A stretch of DNA of 64,000 nt, taken from Raillietiella orientalis (taxonomy: Eukaryota). The position numbers and the translations under genes are program-made. The DNA lies in the NCBI GenBank assembly GCA_036172245.1, contig JAYWIR010000014.1:186001-250000 (forward strand). Reading direction: 5' to 3'. The notes below the pieces were generated by a model. That model was given only the letters and a program-made list of their open reading frames with translations, was not told the DNA's origin and searched no databases. Positions 26,561 to 41,100 of this stretch are shown in pieces. The number at the start of each line of letters is the position of its first letter. The first letter of the stretch is position 1.

Positions 26561-27946
26561 CAAGGAGAATTACTTTGAAATGCTACTCAACAAAAGTAAG
26601 AATTACAATGCATTATGTGAATGTTTCCATCTGCTACGTGCGAATTCTTTTCAGCTCTCGCACTAACAAGTTAGATGATTAGTTGTTAACAGTCTATAAA
26701 TAATAAGATACCTCCAAGACATTTACCATCATGATATTTTGAACGAAACATCTGTGAAAATGAGAACGAACAAAACGAATGCTTACCATAAATTCAGTCT
26801 CCTTTATTTGTAAATGTACATTTATGTGTAAATGCTTGCCTATGTGGAATATATACATATATAAAAATGTCTACAGATATGCATAATTTTTTAATCAAAA
26901 TGTAGTTCTCTTAAAACATCGTATCAATTAGTTCTCTTATTGATACGATGTTTTTAATAAACAGAGGTATCATTGCCTGTCGTGAAAGCTCACACTGCTG
27001 TGAATATTATCGATACTTTTACTATAATAAAAATTCAGCGCAAATGAAGTTTCGAAGCCTTTTTACGAAAGGAGAGGCACATCCATCGGACCTATTCTTT
27101 CCCTTATATTTTGCCGTTCGTCTTCATCGGATGTTTCGACGATGAGACCAAATGGCTGCTCTCATCCTGCCAGATTAGATACTCGCATCCCAGCCGTGGC
27201 AGTCTTTTTGCTTCAATAGGTCACAGCCCGCCCACCGCAGCTTTGCTTTTATCCCACCGCAATGCTCCTCTCCCATCTCTAGTTGGGAGCAGAATCTTGC
27301 TCTTTTATTGATCTTTCCGGTAGGGTACACTTGAGCTCTCCTCCTGAGGCTTGCCTGTCCAACACCTGTGATAATTGATCTTTTCTTTCAAGGAGGCACG
27401 GTCAGGTTCAATAAGCTCATCTGCGCTGCAAGAGACGAAGGTACTGTCCGGTTGCCGGGTGGGGCGGTTGATTTCACAGCCACAGAACAGGGAAATAGAA
27501 TTCTGTGGTTCTTACGAGGATTCATCTACTTGCAGGATGGCTCAAATGCTTGACATCTGCCACTACTCTGACTCGGACTCTGGCTTCGAGAATACCTTTG
27601 CTCTCTTCTTCCTCCTGGATTTCTTCGAAAGAACTGCTGCCTCTTTTAATATGAAGCCCTCACGGTCGGGTTACTTTCTTGAATGTGCTTCTTCGTCTGG
27701 TAAAATACACGGTCTTCGGAGTTTTGCGACAGCCACTCCCCTCTCTCTTTTCCTAGTGTGAGATGGTAGGAATGGAAACGGGGTTTCGAAATTTCCTCCT
27801 CCGAATGGTCACTGAGATCTGCTGCATCAACTCTACGTTCGAAACTGCGAAAACGGAGACAGGGATCTGCATGCGAGTCAGCGTATCAAAAATGCTCCGT
27901 GGTAATTAGAAGGCATTGTGACTGCTCGTGAAGAAGAAACAGAGCC

Positions 27947-28246
27947 TTGCATCCGAAATTTCGTGTACCAGAAAGCGCTGTTTGCTCTGCCACGGATGGA
28001 TCCATCTTGGACACAACGGACGTTGTCGATCTTTGCGTTGCATTGGATGCGTTGTTAGCTCACTATATTTTTGATCTTGGAATTCGGGAATTACTGGTGG
28101 TGGGGAAAAGGATGAAAACGAAACAATTCCGAGTAGTCTTCTCTGCTGAGAAGAAAATCGAAGATACACTAAAGATTCGACAAAGGAAGGTCAAGTGCCA
28201 ACGGACTTCAACTAACGAAGAGTTCTCTGTGACGAAAAATACATGA
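27947..28246 (+). mobile_element. Possible fragment of a DNA-transposon (CMC/EnSpm-type) accessory ORF
   Basis: LCVALDALLAHYIFDLG resembles the ALxxLFxxYYxFNLxY motif I associate with animal CACTA/Mirage accessory proteins. One motif only. Confidence 0.3.
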
Positions 28247-29649
28247 GCCATGAGGCGGTCACTAGTAAACTAGACTCAAGAAATACTCAGGGAGAAATCG
28301 GGAAGAACTAATTAGGCGCCTATCCATTTTCTTGAAACACTCACTCACATACACACACAAGAATCTCGGATTGATTGAACGAGCTATGGTGGAATACTGG
28401 TAATCAGTGGAAATGCTGCTGTTCTCAAGGATGGAAGGAGAGAGGAACTGGTTCTTTCTCATACGAAACAACCGCCGAACGTTCGTCGTGATCTTCTTCG
28501 GTTCCTCGCTGGCGATCCAAGATAGCGAGCTCCAATCTGTAGTGCAAGAGTGCAGAACAAGAATCTACAAGCACCACCGCACCTTAGATAAATTTCAACT
28601 CAAAGCATACTTTGAAGAGAAGTGAGTGTGAAGCAAAGTTTCGGCGATGAAAGTGCATCTGCGGATTGGCTCACATCGTCAACTTGTGTCGGCAGGCAGA
28701 TAGTCCAGGTATTTCATAGGAGCGCTCTTGTGCACTTTTGCTCCCGAAAGCTTCAAGGGTAAACGATAAGATTGAAGAATGTTTTGATAAAAAGACTGCA
28801 GATTTTGCACTGAGGAATAGAGCTGAGATATGGCTACTAAGGTTGATTGAGATCTAAGAGCTAATTTTGCCTCAATAGAGTGTGAAACGTGAGACAACAG
28901 ATGTGTCAGTGTTTGGTAATAGCTAGCCAAGGGATAGTCATGCACTATCAATGCATCTCTAAACCATAAGTTCCTATGAATACAACCTATAAACAACAGC
29001 TATCATACAATCATTGATATCGGCATTCATGTTTTGAATCACATGTATGGCATGGCACAAAGCATTCTATATATATATGTACATATATGCTTTGTATATA
29101 TTTATAAAGTATTATTTTCGTACACAAAACCCTCTAAAGACAGTGTATTCAGGATGTATTGTCCTCAGTTCCAGTTTTCCTCTGAGAGATTTCAGCTGAG
29201 TGATCTACGAAAGATGAAGACACCGTTATGTTGTTTCCCTTAAGTTTGCGAGTGTGTAAGTGAGCGCTGCGTTAGACTAATGATTACACTTACAAAGCAA
29301 AGAGCGTGGTGGTTCCCAAGACGCAGATGATGCAGACGACCAGGGTACACCCGGTATGGAGTCGCTGTCGCGACTCTATCCTGAGAGGTCGCCGCATCAT
29401 AATACTCGGTGCAGCTACACAATGGAAAGCAAGCATAGGCAGACTTTAAGGAGGGTGTGAACGAAAAGAGGGAAAGCTTTAAGCTCTTCCTTTCATTCTG
29501 AAAAACTCAATCTCAGTGTGATTATCGTTAGAGCACTGTGATCCTTGAACGCCAAGAATGATGATTGTATGAAAGGGATGCCAATTCCAAGACGTACGCG
29601 AACCAACTCCGCCTATTGAGTGAGCGAGCGAGTTGCATAGAAGATACCG

Positions 29650-31400
29650 CCACCTTTACAACCAACTATCTTTACTACCATCCTGAATATCTTCACTTTC
29701 TTGTCTTTCTCGTATAAGGTTGTGGAATTCTTTCCAAAAATCATTGGTCAGTTGATACCAGTTCTTCTTGGAAATCGATATTCCCGACGATTCCTTCATC
29801 GAGAGGATGTCCCAGTCTATGGCTCCAGTGCATATAACAGCCATACCGAATCTTAGAGGAAGCCACGAGGCGCCTCATTTTGTCGAGGATTCTCATGTCT
29901 AGAATTCCCTCTTCATTCGGGGGATCCCAGGACTTGCCGTAGATCACTCCATTCTCGACAAGAGTTCCCAACTATGAGGCTCTGATGGTCTTCTGAAGAT
30001 CCACAGTCGACAGGAAAGCAGCGAGGCCTTCGTCTTCGCACTGTTGAACACGTCCGGGGTGCTCTCGGAGAGACAGAAAGCGTCCAGGGTAACCATTCTT
30101 CTCCCTCTCCGCAGCGCCAGATGCAAACGGAAACGCAATTCCAATCCAGCGATGAGTTTTCTTGGAGCAGGAAGCCGCTTGCTAGCTCCCATCGTCGGCT
30201 TCAATCAGTGAAGCACTGTGCCGTGTTGCCGACTGCACAGGAGAGAATGCCGAGGGCAGTGAATGAACACGCGAGACCGAGTCCCATCCCAAACTTGCCG
30301 TCTTCCTCAGCTACGATCCTGTTTGCAGTGTGCAAACCTCCAGATCGGAAGGACACTGAGCCGGGAATAAGAGCAATTGAAAAATCGAATGCATCTCCTC
30401 CAATTATTCCAAGATCCAACACAGCTGGAGAATCTACTGGACACACCAGTCAGCATACTCTCTAAACGAAGACCTTTGTGGTTGAGTTTCCAGAAGTGGT
30501 GACCAACCTTCACTTGCGATAGTCGACCGTCAATCAGGCTGGGTTGCCTGACAAAGGAAAGCTCTGGTCTCGAATCAATGGCTGAGTGTTTGCATAGGGG
30601 AAGTGCAACCTGCTCGAGAAGTCCTTAACGACTCCCCAACTCCGAGCGAAGAACGCGCGCAAGGACACATTTGTCATCGCTATGCACCGATCAAGGTCAG
30701 CGCGAGGCTTCAAAAGCGCCAAATCCTTTCGGGTCGTCGATCTTTAATCTTCGGTATTGTCGACAGACGCGGTTAGATATTCGTCGCCCGAGTTGTTGAC
30801 ATTAGCTGGAGGATCACCCTCTCCGGTGAGGAGCGTGGCTCGTGTTTTGTGGTTTCGTGTTGTTTAGTGATCCTGTGTGCAGTATGACTCTCCTGAAGAA
30901 GGCCAAAAAGTTCCCCCAGGTCAACAGGAGGCCATAGAACAGAGCAGCGCAATGGCGGCCGTTCGTGCGGCGCTTAAGTAGAATGGTGTGGCTGCAGCAG
31001 CAGCCAGACAAGAAGCGCCGCCTTCCGGACGAGCCGACAAATACAAGCCTTCCCTACGCTGATCGGTGGCGTACATGAGCTCGGGAGCGAGTTCAGCCGA
31101 ATGGAAGTGAAGAGGATGGGTGACTCTCCTGCAAGGATGCCTTGCTTGCGTAGCAACTGCCATACATACCACTATTACCAGGAGGACAAAAGTCTTCTCA
31201 TCGACGGTAGATATTCGTGGAACATCTCAAGCGCGTTCGACTCCAGATGATCGACGCCCAGGGAGAACTATGCATGCCATCTTGTACACGTCGAACTCCA
31301 TTGTGGGGTTCCAAACGGGGCACAGCAGGCACGCGTTACGGCTCAAAGAGCGACCGACTCTCTCACATACCTCAGTTGGATGGTGCATCCATCGGCTTGC
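29650..31400 (-). mobile_element. Decayed L1/Tx1 ORF2 (RT to zf-RVT and C-terminus)
   Basis: GVRRVQDGMHSSP (RQGxPLSP-like, ~31265-31305), then FWKLNHKGL and TRSRVFIHCP (zf-RVT FLWKxxHxxL and ETxxHxFxxCP; ~30255-30500). Confidence 0.6.
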
Positions 31401-31479
31401 GGTACGTAGGAAAGCAAGAGGTGCATGGCATCAGTGGGGTGGAATGGAGAACTTAAGGGAAGCGTGACCCTCCATCCAG

Positions 31480-32420
31480 TGCCGGAGATGTGGCCAGGTG
31501 GACCACATCGAAGCCCCCAGCAAATGCAAGATCCAAAATGTGAAGGAGCACGCTGGAAGAGATAAAAGAGAGAACAAATATGACCTCCCTCACCAAAAAA
31601 AAAGGAATGAGCGTAGCCAACACCTCTGAACCCTTGAACATGAGCATTACCACTCGAGAACTCGAATTTCCCGCGGATCAGGTGGAGGAGAGGCGAGAGG
31701 TCGGAAGAAGGTAGGGAAAAGAAGGATAAGGGCCACAAAACGCACCCCCATTAGAAGGAAAGCAACTCTTCTTCTTAAGGAGAAGGATGGCTATTCGGAA
31801 CCAAGTGTGTGTTGCTCGGAGACAGACGGAGCGGCAGCGCCTAGTCGACAACGTGAGGATGCACAGCCCTCGTAACGGCGTCGCCAGCCGAGGTGAGGCG
31901 CTACTCCAGCAGAGAGGTGGCACTCACGGTCACGGACTTTGAGCCAAATGCGGTGACCGTCATCGCAGGGAGGGAGCCAGTGGTACTTCTAGAGAAAGCA
32001 GCAACAGAAGGCGCGAAAGCAGGATGAGCTGAGATGGACCGATTTCATCCCTGCTGATGACGTCTACATGTTCGCTGCATGGGAGGTCATCGCTCTGAGG
32101 TCCTCCGACAAGCAGCTGAGTTCGGAAAAGAAGGGGAGAGTGGAACTCGCCGTGCTCGAGCAGCGTCACCTGCGAAAACTGGTCATCCGCCGCTGCCTTC
32201 CCAGCTCTGGTGAGAGGGGGGGAGGGATCTTCCTGCCCTCTGCAAATCGCATCAGACTAAGATACGGGGACGAGAATTGGAAAGTGGTAGCTGGTGTTGC
32301 GCGCCATTTCGACTTCATCCTCCTGCAAGAGACCCATCAGATCTCCAGGAAGGATCTCCGGCGAAGGAATCCATCCACAGGTCACACTGGGGTGTTTATT
32401 CGAAAGATGAACAATCATGG
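31480..32420 (+). mobile_element. L1/Tx1 remnant: ORF1 zinc knuckle and ORF2 endonuclease start
   Basis: CRRCGQVDHIEAPSKC at 31480-31527 and DFILLQETH at 32311-32337. Confidence 0.7.
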
Positions 32421-32649
32421 CGGAAACCAGGAAGTTTCCCAACAAAATAACAGCAAGAAGTTCAAGGGAAAGGCACTGATATGCAGATCGATCATCCCAG
32501 ATGTCCAGAACCAGTGGGCGGGGATGATAAACAAAAAAATAAACAGAAGGACGGTGGGTAGGAGCAGGGAGGGTCTTTGACTTTTCCCCTTCCTTCTCAT
32601 ACACCCGGAAAAGTCCGGAACAGGAGGAAGGGAACAGTAACTAAATTAA

Positions 32650-33400
32650 TAAAAGGGGAAGGGTCAGGACACGGGTTCGGCCGTTCCTCTCTCCTAAAAC
32701 CAGCGCTGTGTGCTGCTGATATCCTCCTTGACTTTGATTTCTAATCGAGGCCACCTAACAACCGTCCTCATGTGGGCTGTTGTCATCGGATAGCCTCCCT
32801 TAGCTACCCTTCCCTCTTCGAGGTGTGGAGGACCATGACGGCGGCGGCATGGACGCAGCATCTCGTCGCGATCGCTGGCCTCTCGAGAGTCCTCCGAACG
32901 TGAAGAATGGCTGCAGACCAGGTCACGGGTGATTTCCTCTAGGAGCAGGAGAGCTGGTCAGCCTCCACCACAGTTCGCTGAGGTCACCGCGGTCCAAAAG
33001 CAGGCGGGGGATCGACTCCACCGACCCTCATCTAGCAATGTTCGGGGATGCAACTTCCCCCGGAAACGAAGTGGAATACGGAAGTGCCTAAGCATAAAAG
33101 AAGGACTGCGAGTTCGTAGGGGGGGTGCACCAAGAAGTTCGGACCACCAACGCAGTCTTTCGTTCTTGAACGAGGAATGGAGGCATCCACTAGCTCGCTC
33201 TTTGTCCAGTCGTCCCGAGATTTGGTTTTTCCTGCAACGGAGCAACCTATTTCCCACCTTGTCGGTAGGCTCCTGCCGTCGCTCGACCTTTATAGAGCTG
33301 CCTTTTATAGAGGCAAGAGGTGTGAAGGCCAGTCTCCAGAAATACCGTCTCCTGCCGCCAATCATGAGAGTTCGGAAGGAGGCAGGGGAGCCGGAAAAAA
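32650..33400 (-). mobile_element. Decayed L1-type 3' end
   Basis: Cys-containing zf-RVT-like traces, followed by a tract that is pyrimidine-rich on the minus strand; resembles neighbouring 3' ends. Confidence 0.35.
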
Positions 33401-33499
33401 ATGTATCACCCGGTCACGCCGAAGCGTTTATTTAATAAAAATGAACCAGCTGGGAACTCGGTTCCCAACCGAAGACAAAGGAAGCTTAGGGGGACGATT

Positions 33500-34800
33500 T
33501 ACTGACACGCAGATCGGGATCTTTTAAAGTCTTGAACGGGACGGAAGAGACAATTGATAAATAGGAAAATATGGGAGGAATGGAACAAGGGTCTTTGATG
33601 CCGTTCCTTTTTGAGAAAACAAGAAAACGGGAAAAGTTCCGAAGCGAATAGGAAGGAGCAATAAAAAACAAAACAAAAAAACAAAAGGGAAGGGAGGGAA
33701 AGAGGGAACCGGTCTCGGCTGTTCCTTCTATCTCCAATGCTGGCAATCCGTCTTCTTTCAAGTGCAGCCATCTAGCAGCAGTCCTTATGTAAGCGGCTGC
33801 CATCGTATTGGCCTCCCTTCTCTGCGTCTGCGTCTCGGGCACATTGCGGACCGTGAGGATGGAGCTGATGCAACATAACGTCGCAATCACGCATCGACCG
33901 AGAGTCCTCCACGCTCAAAGACCCGCCGCAGCAGGCCACGGGAGTGTCTGTCCCGTTGGTAGAGTGCCGAAGTCAGCCTTTGCCTCAGTTCGCGGAAGGC
34001 ACCGGCAGTCCGAAAGCAGGTGCAGGATAGACTTTATCGACCGGCACCTGGAACACTTCGGGGATGCAACCTCCTTCGGCAACAAGGTGCCTACCCTGGT
34101 CGCACTGGAATCCTCAGTGCAGAAACAGCAGCACCACCTGTTTCCACGTCAGTGGGAACACATCAGTATTCAAACATTAGTGAGGTACCACAAGTTCTTC
34201 AGGGGCGACACTTAATACCTCGTTCCCGGGCTTGCTCGTAAATGAGGAGTAGCGGCATCCACCGACTCTCTCGTTGTCCAGCCACCAAGGAGTTATGCTT
34301 TCCTGCGCTGGTGCAGAACTCTCACTCCGCTGGTTGGCAACTGTCGTCGTCGCTTACCCTTAGGGCAGACAGTGCTGCGTCAAGAGGCATGGCAGGCAAA
34401 GTCAACTACTTAAGCGAGTCCTGAATCTTCGCTTCCAGAGGGAGGCTGATGAAGCAGTGCAAAGGAAACGAAGTTCCTCCGGGCGCGTTCCTTAGAATTC
34501 AGCCCAAGACACAACCGTTTCCTGCCGCCAGACATGAAAGTTCTTCGGGAGGTAGGAGATCCACGGATGGGCTTCCATAAGGGAGTCGATTCGTCTCAAG
34601 GGGAAGTCAAATCCCGTATCCTGTACTGGCAAAGAAATGAGAGGGAGACAGACGCGACGCTGCACTGGATGTGCGGCTCCGCACGCTCTCGTGCAGAGTT
34701 GCATTTCTACTATTCTTCCCTTAAGATCAGGCATTTCAGTTACATGAACACATCACTCTTTCTTAAAAAAAAGTTATTCCCTGGGATAGTGGATCCGAAT
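33500..34800 (-). mobile_element. Decayed L1/Tx1 ORF2 3' region and 3' UTR
   Basis: The C-terminal motif AAAYIRTAARWLHL is shared with the copies at ~41320 (+) and ~60450 (-). T-rich 3'UTR-like tract on the minus strand. Confidence 0.6.
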
Positions 34801-35699
34801 ATTGCGCGCACAGTAGCGTGCCTTAGTTTCGACATCAGGTGAGTCAGTTTATCGTTGAGTGGTCCAGCTCAGTCAACCTGATCGTTGCAAAAGTTCATTC
34901 GGGCGGACGATTCGTGTGTGTACGCGGAGCTAGGTCATCGGTCCATCGAGGCACTCCGCACGCACCGCCTCTTTCCCCGAGACTGCACGCCTGACAGCAG
35001 GCGATCTGCGTTCATTCGCCTACTATCGGATGACGCTAGGGCTAGACTGACGTGTTGTGCACGTCCATGGATGCACCCATCGTACTGGCTCGCAAACATG
35101 CGATGATGGAATCCGCTGAATACGTCCTCTTGGACGACCACCTATGACCGTGGGTCCAGTGCAGAAGCCAGCGATGATCCGGGATCGAGCTAGAGCCAGT
35201 GCTGCCTGAGAAGGGATCGCCGAAGAGCAGCTGGCAGATGGATGCCAGGGGACCGATCAAGCCAACCGGAAGTAAAGAATATCCTCCGCGATGTGCTGCC
35301 TGGCTTAGCTGTCCACGAACTCCGAGGTCGTAGCCGTTTCAAGAGTAGCGTTCGGGGGTCCTGCGTCCGCTTTCCCGTCCCCAGCTGCCCGCAGACTTTG
35401 GAGAAGGATTAAGCAGCAGCAGTACCTTCCTTCCTTTAGATGTGCTTTCTTTCCCGGAGCACGGACAATCCCGTCTTCTGGCGGAAGACCGAGTCAGGGT
35501 CGAGAGGCGAACGTGGCAGTCCGGAGCATCTGCCTGCTAGACGAGCAATGTCACGTGCTTCGGCCGAGCAACCGCCGCGTAAGGATGTCCTACTCTTCCG
35601 TGTAAGGAGCGAGAAACTCCACACAGCAGTTGTTGCTGGAAGGCTCTCTCGCCATACAGGAAGCATAGCGCGCAAGAATTCATGATCCCTCAGCAATGA

Positions 35700-37500
35700 C
35701 AAAAATCCTGGATGGTCTCATAATGCTCAGGAGAAAGACAGCACCGGGGGAGGATGACCTGCCTGTGGAGCTGCATCACAGTCTCTTAGATGACCTGAGC
35801 TCTCTCTGATGCTACAGACGACAATGCTGATTAGGGGGATGGGTGAGGTGATTCCTCGCTTCGATTGTCAAGGGTTGTGCGTCAGTCTGCTCAGTCAGAT
35901 TGCTGGCTTCCGATCGCGGTAGTGAATTCAGACGTCAGGCTCCTCTGGAACGGGTAACAAACTCAGTGGTCATTCAGATCAGTCGTACACTGTTCCTGGA
36001 AGAATTACGGAGAACAATCTGCTCTACAGGCAGACCTGGTTCTGGTTGCAGAAAAGGGTTGCACTCAACAGCCGCAGGTCTCTGAATAACCAGTTGGGTT
36101 CGAGAAAGGAAGGGAAAAACAGCGGGAACACCAGGGGATATGGAGGTGGCCGTGCACTGACTAAGATTTCCACTGTATCAACCAGGAACTCCTTTTGCAG
36201 CTCCTGGAACTTCTAGGTCTTTCTGCTCCCCCTTGCTCCCTCCCGAGCTTCGCGTGACTCATGCTCGTGTCTGTTCCAGCGGCCGTCACGTGTGCGGTGG
36301 AGGATTCCACAGAGAGGCACCCTGAGCCATAGATACTCTTCAGCACCTACTTGGGATTGGTGCTGAATGGACACAGGAAACTTTGGAGACCTTGTTGCCA
36401 TCCTGTTCCCGTGCGCTGACCGCTTTAGCTTGTGCGAACGATCTTCTCCTGTTGCCTATGAGCTCCCTAAGACGTCGTTCAAGGAGTCAAGAGCAGCAGG
36501 TATGAGGGCAATCAAGAGGAAGTCGGCAGCCGTTCCCATTGGAGAAACGTAAGCAGGGCATTTCAGGGACTAGACCGGATCCTCTCGGGAATTCCCGTAT
36601 GCGGCACTTTTTGGAATCTCGGTGTACCACGGAATGCCTCCAGACCACGTCTCTGGAGGCAGCCAGAAAGCGAAGAAACCGTCAAGCCCGTTCCCTGATG
36701 GCAGTCTTCTCTGGCAGGAGCAAGCCACCGTAAGGAACATCGTTCCTCCACTCCTCCAGACTTTGCTCTTTGTTTGCCTCACCCTACTAGGGGGCAGAAA
36801 GGGAAGCAGGAGGATTCATCCTCAGGGCACTGTGGGGTGCAACAAGGTCCCGGGTGCTTCTCAAAGACTTGTTGGCCTTGCGTCGCAATCAGGCATCCGG
36901 CATCTGGCTCGATGGCTTGAAGCGCAGGTGAGTTTTCGGAGGCTACTCACAAGCAGCATCCTCGGACGTGCAGTAGGCTATGAGGAAATAGCGCCTCTCT
37001 TCACCAAAACCTCAGTTTGAAGACCTTCCTCCGGTACCGCTGGGCGAGAGGGAATGCTTGCCCGAAAAGTGTTCAGGGTGTGGGGCGATCACATCGCTCC
37101 TGAATCTGCTTTTGGACTGCACTTTTCTCCACAGAGAGCGGCAACGAGCTTCATCAGCCCTTTTATACCCAGAGGGCTCCCCTCGGGAGTTCCAACAGCG
37201 GTTCTCCCTCGCCGTGAGTTCTTTCAACCGTGGGGACGCCAACGATGCTGTGCTGCACCCGTGCAACAGCGGTGGCGACTCGCCGCGCGGTGAAGCAGCT
37301 GCCGCATGGAGGAGCGGCGGTTCGTCTGATCCCCCCTACGATGAGGAGAGTGGAAAGATGGCCTCGCCTCTGGTCCGAACTCAAGAAAGAACACCGCCCG
37401 CGTCGCAGGCATGCTGTGAGGAGGACGCGGGACAGTCTCCCAGTGACTCTCCCTTTCCTCTCTTTCCCTGAATTGCGACCCGCACCCGGTGTGACCTCTT
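35700..37500 (+). mobile_element. Decayed L1/Tx1 ORF2 RT region
   Basis: KTAPGEDDLPVE (KSPGPDGLPxE; 35735-35770), DFHCINQELLLQLL (~36165-36205), GIPQRGTLS-like (~36300-36330) and CADRF (YADD position, ~36412). Confidence 0.7.
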
Positions 37501-38199
37501 CCTTTCCTATTTTTTGGTATCTATTAAAGTACTTTGCACAAGTTCTCCTTTTTTTTGTTGCATGGGGAATTCTCCTACTAGTCGGAGCGATTCTTGACTG
37601 AATTTCTATAATTCGCATCATCTCCTACAGACTGAAAATAAACACATCAGACTATTTCGTTAAAATCAATGACATTTAACAGTTAGAGGGGACCGACAGT
37701 GTTGTCCCGAAACGGGAAGGATCAGTCTCACTGCATACAGAGCTAGGGAAGTGCAAGCAACGAATAGCAAATGAGATGGACCGAAACCATGGCAATCATC
37801 ACGTTTCCTTCGGACAGTCGTAGGCGCTTTCCACACGTCCCAGACTAGACCATCCCCCTGAGCTTCGCATGTTCGCGATGGCGATTTGCAAACGGCTCTC
37901 TGTGGCGACGGTCACGTCCTTCCTCCATTTTGCGATGGCCTCTACTCGCGCGTGAAAAACCGACAGCGGAGACGCAACTGGTGAGCGTGGAGACGCGGAG
38001 CGAACGTTTCTGTGAGCAGATCCTCTGAGGCGGCGGCGGCGAGCTGAAGGGTGACCGAGTGGCGTGACCAGGTTAGAAACAACGGCTGAGCTGGACTGCG
38101 AAAAAAGTAGGCACCGAACCAGAAGAACGTTACGAAACGAGAAAAGGAAAACAGAGAAAAAAGAGGGAGAGAAAACGTAGGAGAAAAGGGCAAATGACG

Positions 38200-41100
38200 T
38201 GACGAGGGCATTTCGAGCAGGACCACGCCGATAGCGAACATTCCCTTCGTGGACGACGTGTCCGAGCTCATCACCACACAGGAACTGCAAGAGCATGCCA
38301 TTAGCCGAAAGTGCACGTGGCAGTGTGCCTGCGACCACCCGGGTGGATCAGCCATATACGCCCGTTTCGGAAGCTGCGAAGGCCGTGACCGGACAGGAAG
38401 TGAGCACCGTGAAGCAGCCACTGCACCGCCACACCGAGCGAATTATGCCAATGTGACTTCCTAGCGTGTTTGGAGGCTTCTCGCTTGACTTCGGCTTTTC
38501 TGCATGTGACTCTACGCACTCATCTCTGCAGTCCCTCCAGGAGACCTGAAAGGGCAGTACGGCAGAAGCTGCTTTACTTGTTGGGTCGCTGACAAGTTTT
38601 CGAAGTCTCTGGAGTTGAGGGCGGGGTACTCGTGGAGAAGTCTCATTCGGCTCTGCTACCATGGAAAGGTCCATAGGAGACTTTTGTGTTTTCAAGCAGC
38701 GACCCAATCGCATGGGCTACATTGAGCGTGAACCATCTCTCGCTCACCAGGGGGTTCTCCGTCAACCGCTTGGCGCGTGCGGGGAAACGGGACACTGAGG
38801 CTTCCGCTAGCGCCAGTCTCGCCGTCAGCAGACACGACAGTCTGGCGGCGGACCGAGCTCGAGAGACAACGCGGAGACGGCGTGTGCTAGTGACGTGCAA
38901 ACAGCCAGTCCCGAGAGTTTGTGAGCCTCCTGCTGGACCCGGTGCTTCAGAGGAAAAATTGTCTTCGATGTCTGCTGCTCTTCGGGAAGATCAGTGGCAG
39001 CTCTTTGAGGAGGAGCAACAAAAGAAGAGAGGCAAAAAATACCCCGGTCCCGTTCCCTTCTTTTCCTCCTGGAGGAAAGTCCCACTGCCAGAGGCAAATT
39101 TACTAAGATCGTGGGATCAGCCAAACGGCAGAGTCCTGCTGGAATTCAAGATCCCTGTCGCACTTATGATTGAAGTGGTGAGTTCGAATCTGTGGAATAT
39201 CCAGGACATCTGTTGGTCACACCACCTGCGTACGCCAAGCTGCTGGTTGCCACCCGATCACGCCGGGCGCCTAAGCTGCTGGCCAAACTTTGGTCAGAGC
39301 GACAAGGACGTGTGGCGGAAAGCTTCATTAGCCCAGAGCAGACTTACGCTGTTCCCAGGGCGAAGCATGGACGACAACCTGCTCTTCGCGAACACTTGGT
39401 TCGAGTTCCAGAGGAGAAGAACGAACTAAGGAAACACGGTCAGCACCCCGAATTCCGGGACATCCGCCGGTGGTGGGCGAGATGGTCAGGAAGGAGAAGA
39501 GGTCTTTGAGTTCGCAGTCGACAGTGCGGAAAGCATTCGATTTTCACCCGGATTTCGCCGGGGGAAAGCATTCGACTGCGTCGACCAGGAACTTCTTCTG
39601 AAGCTCCTGGAACGTCTGGGCTTTCCGACCTCTCTGACGACTTTTCTGCGCTCTTGCTAGCGCGACGCGCTGACCACTATTTCTTTCAGTGGACGGAACA
39701 TGTACGGTGTGACAGTGCGCTGCAGAATACGGCAGGGCGAGTTCAAGCTGTCGCCCTGTCGCCTTGCACTTCAGCACCTACTTCGAGTTGGTGCTGAGGA
39801 TGTACGGGAAGACTCTGACTCACCTGCCAAACGAGTACCCAGGCATACCGGCTGTGTCAGCATATGCGGACCATCTCTGCTTCTGCTCCCCAAGCCCACC
39901 CTAGCGTCGGCGCTCGAAGGTTGCTTCGAGCTGTTAAGCCGCGGGACAGAACTGGAAGTGAACAGGGCCAAATCAACCGTGGTAGCAGTAGGTTTGGCGT
40001 GGTCAGGATAGCTGGACTGTATCCGCCTGGGAATCTCCACGGTTCAGTACTTTAAGTACCTCGGTGTACCGTTGGGGCACTATTCTCCGACGGAGGCGTG
40101 GTCCAGCTGCCTCTGGAAGGCTCAGTTGGAGATCTACCCGTTCCTGGATGGCAAGTTTCTCTTGACAAAATGGGCTGCGCTGTAAAATGCGTTTGTGGAC
40201 CCCTTCTTCCGCCTCCTGCTTTTTGTTTGCTCCCCACCGAGTAGCATTAAAAGGCGGACGAAGGACCTCCTGAGAATCGCCCTGTGGGGCACAGGGAAGC
40301 TCCGAGTCCTCCTGAAGGACTTGTGCTATCCGAGTCGCAACGAAAGACTCGGCGTTTTGAAGCTGGAGCGCCTGGAACGGCAGCCAGTGGAGGACGCTTG
40401 CACTAGTGAAGTTTTGGAGCACAAACTGATGCGAGCCCTCACGATCCCTGGTCGAGCGAGCCACCGGCCGTGCGGGACTGTCTTCGTTCCTGGTGTGGCA
40501 TGCAGACGCAGCGTGTACCGCTGCAGACTGGAGCTCCGGTGACCAGGACCAACAACTGGATCTTCTGCCGGTTCGGAAACGATGATGCTTGGTTGCAGGA
40601 AACCGTTAGCACATGGTCCAAGAACAACGAAGAGAGCACGGAGATGCGTCAGCGACTGCTGCACTCTTTCTACAACAACCGCTCGCTGCAGGACGTCATC
40701 CTGAAGCCCTCTACATGTGCGTGGGAGCAAAGAACCTCTCTAGCCGCAGCACTGCTCTCCTTCAGAGAGCACTTGGGCAGTAACCAGTCGGCCAAATGGG
40801 AGGTTCAATGTGAGAGCTAAGGAATTAGGTGATAGGACCACAGGCCATCTCACAGAAGCTGTGACCCTACCGGAAAGACTATCGCGCTGGGATAAGCTGC
40901 TGGGATCCTTACAGGAAGATCTCGAGTATCCCCAGCGCTGAAGAACAAGTGGGTCCCCCCTCTGAAGTGGCAGGAGTCTTTACTTCATCTGTTGCACTGG
41001 AGTCTCCCATGGAACGGCCGCCGCTCTCACTTAACCTGTGGGTCTGGAACCCCAACTGCTGCAGGTGAGGGGAACGGGGATCCCTCCTGCACCTGCTTGT

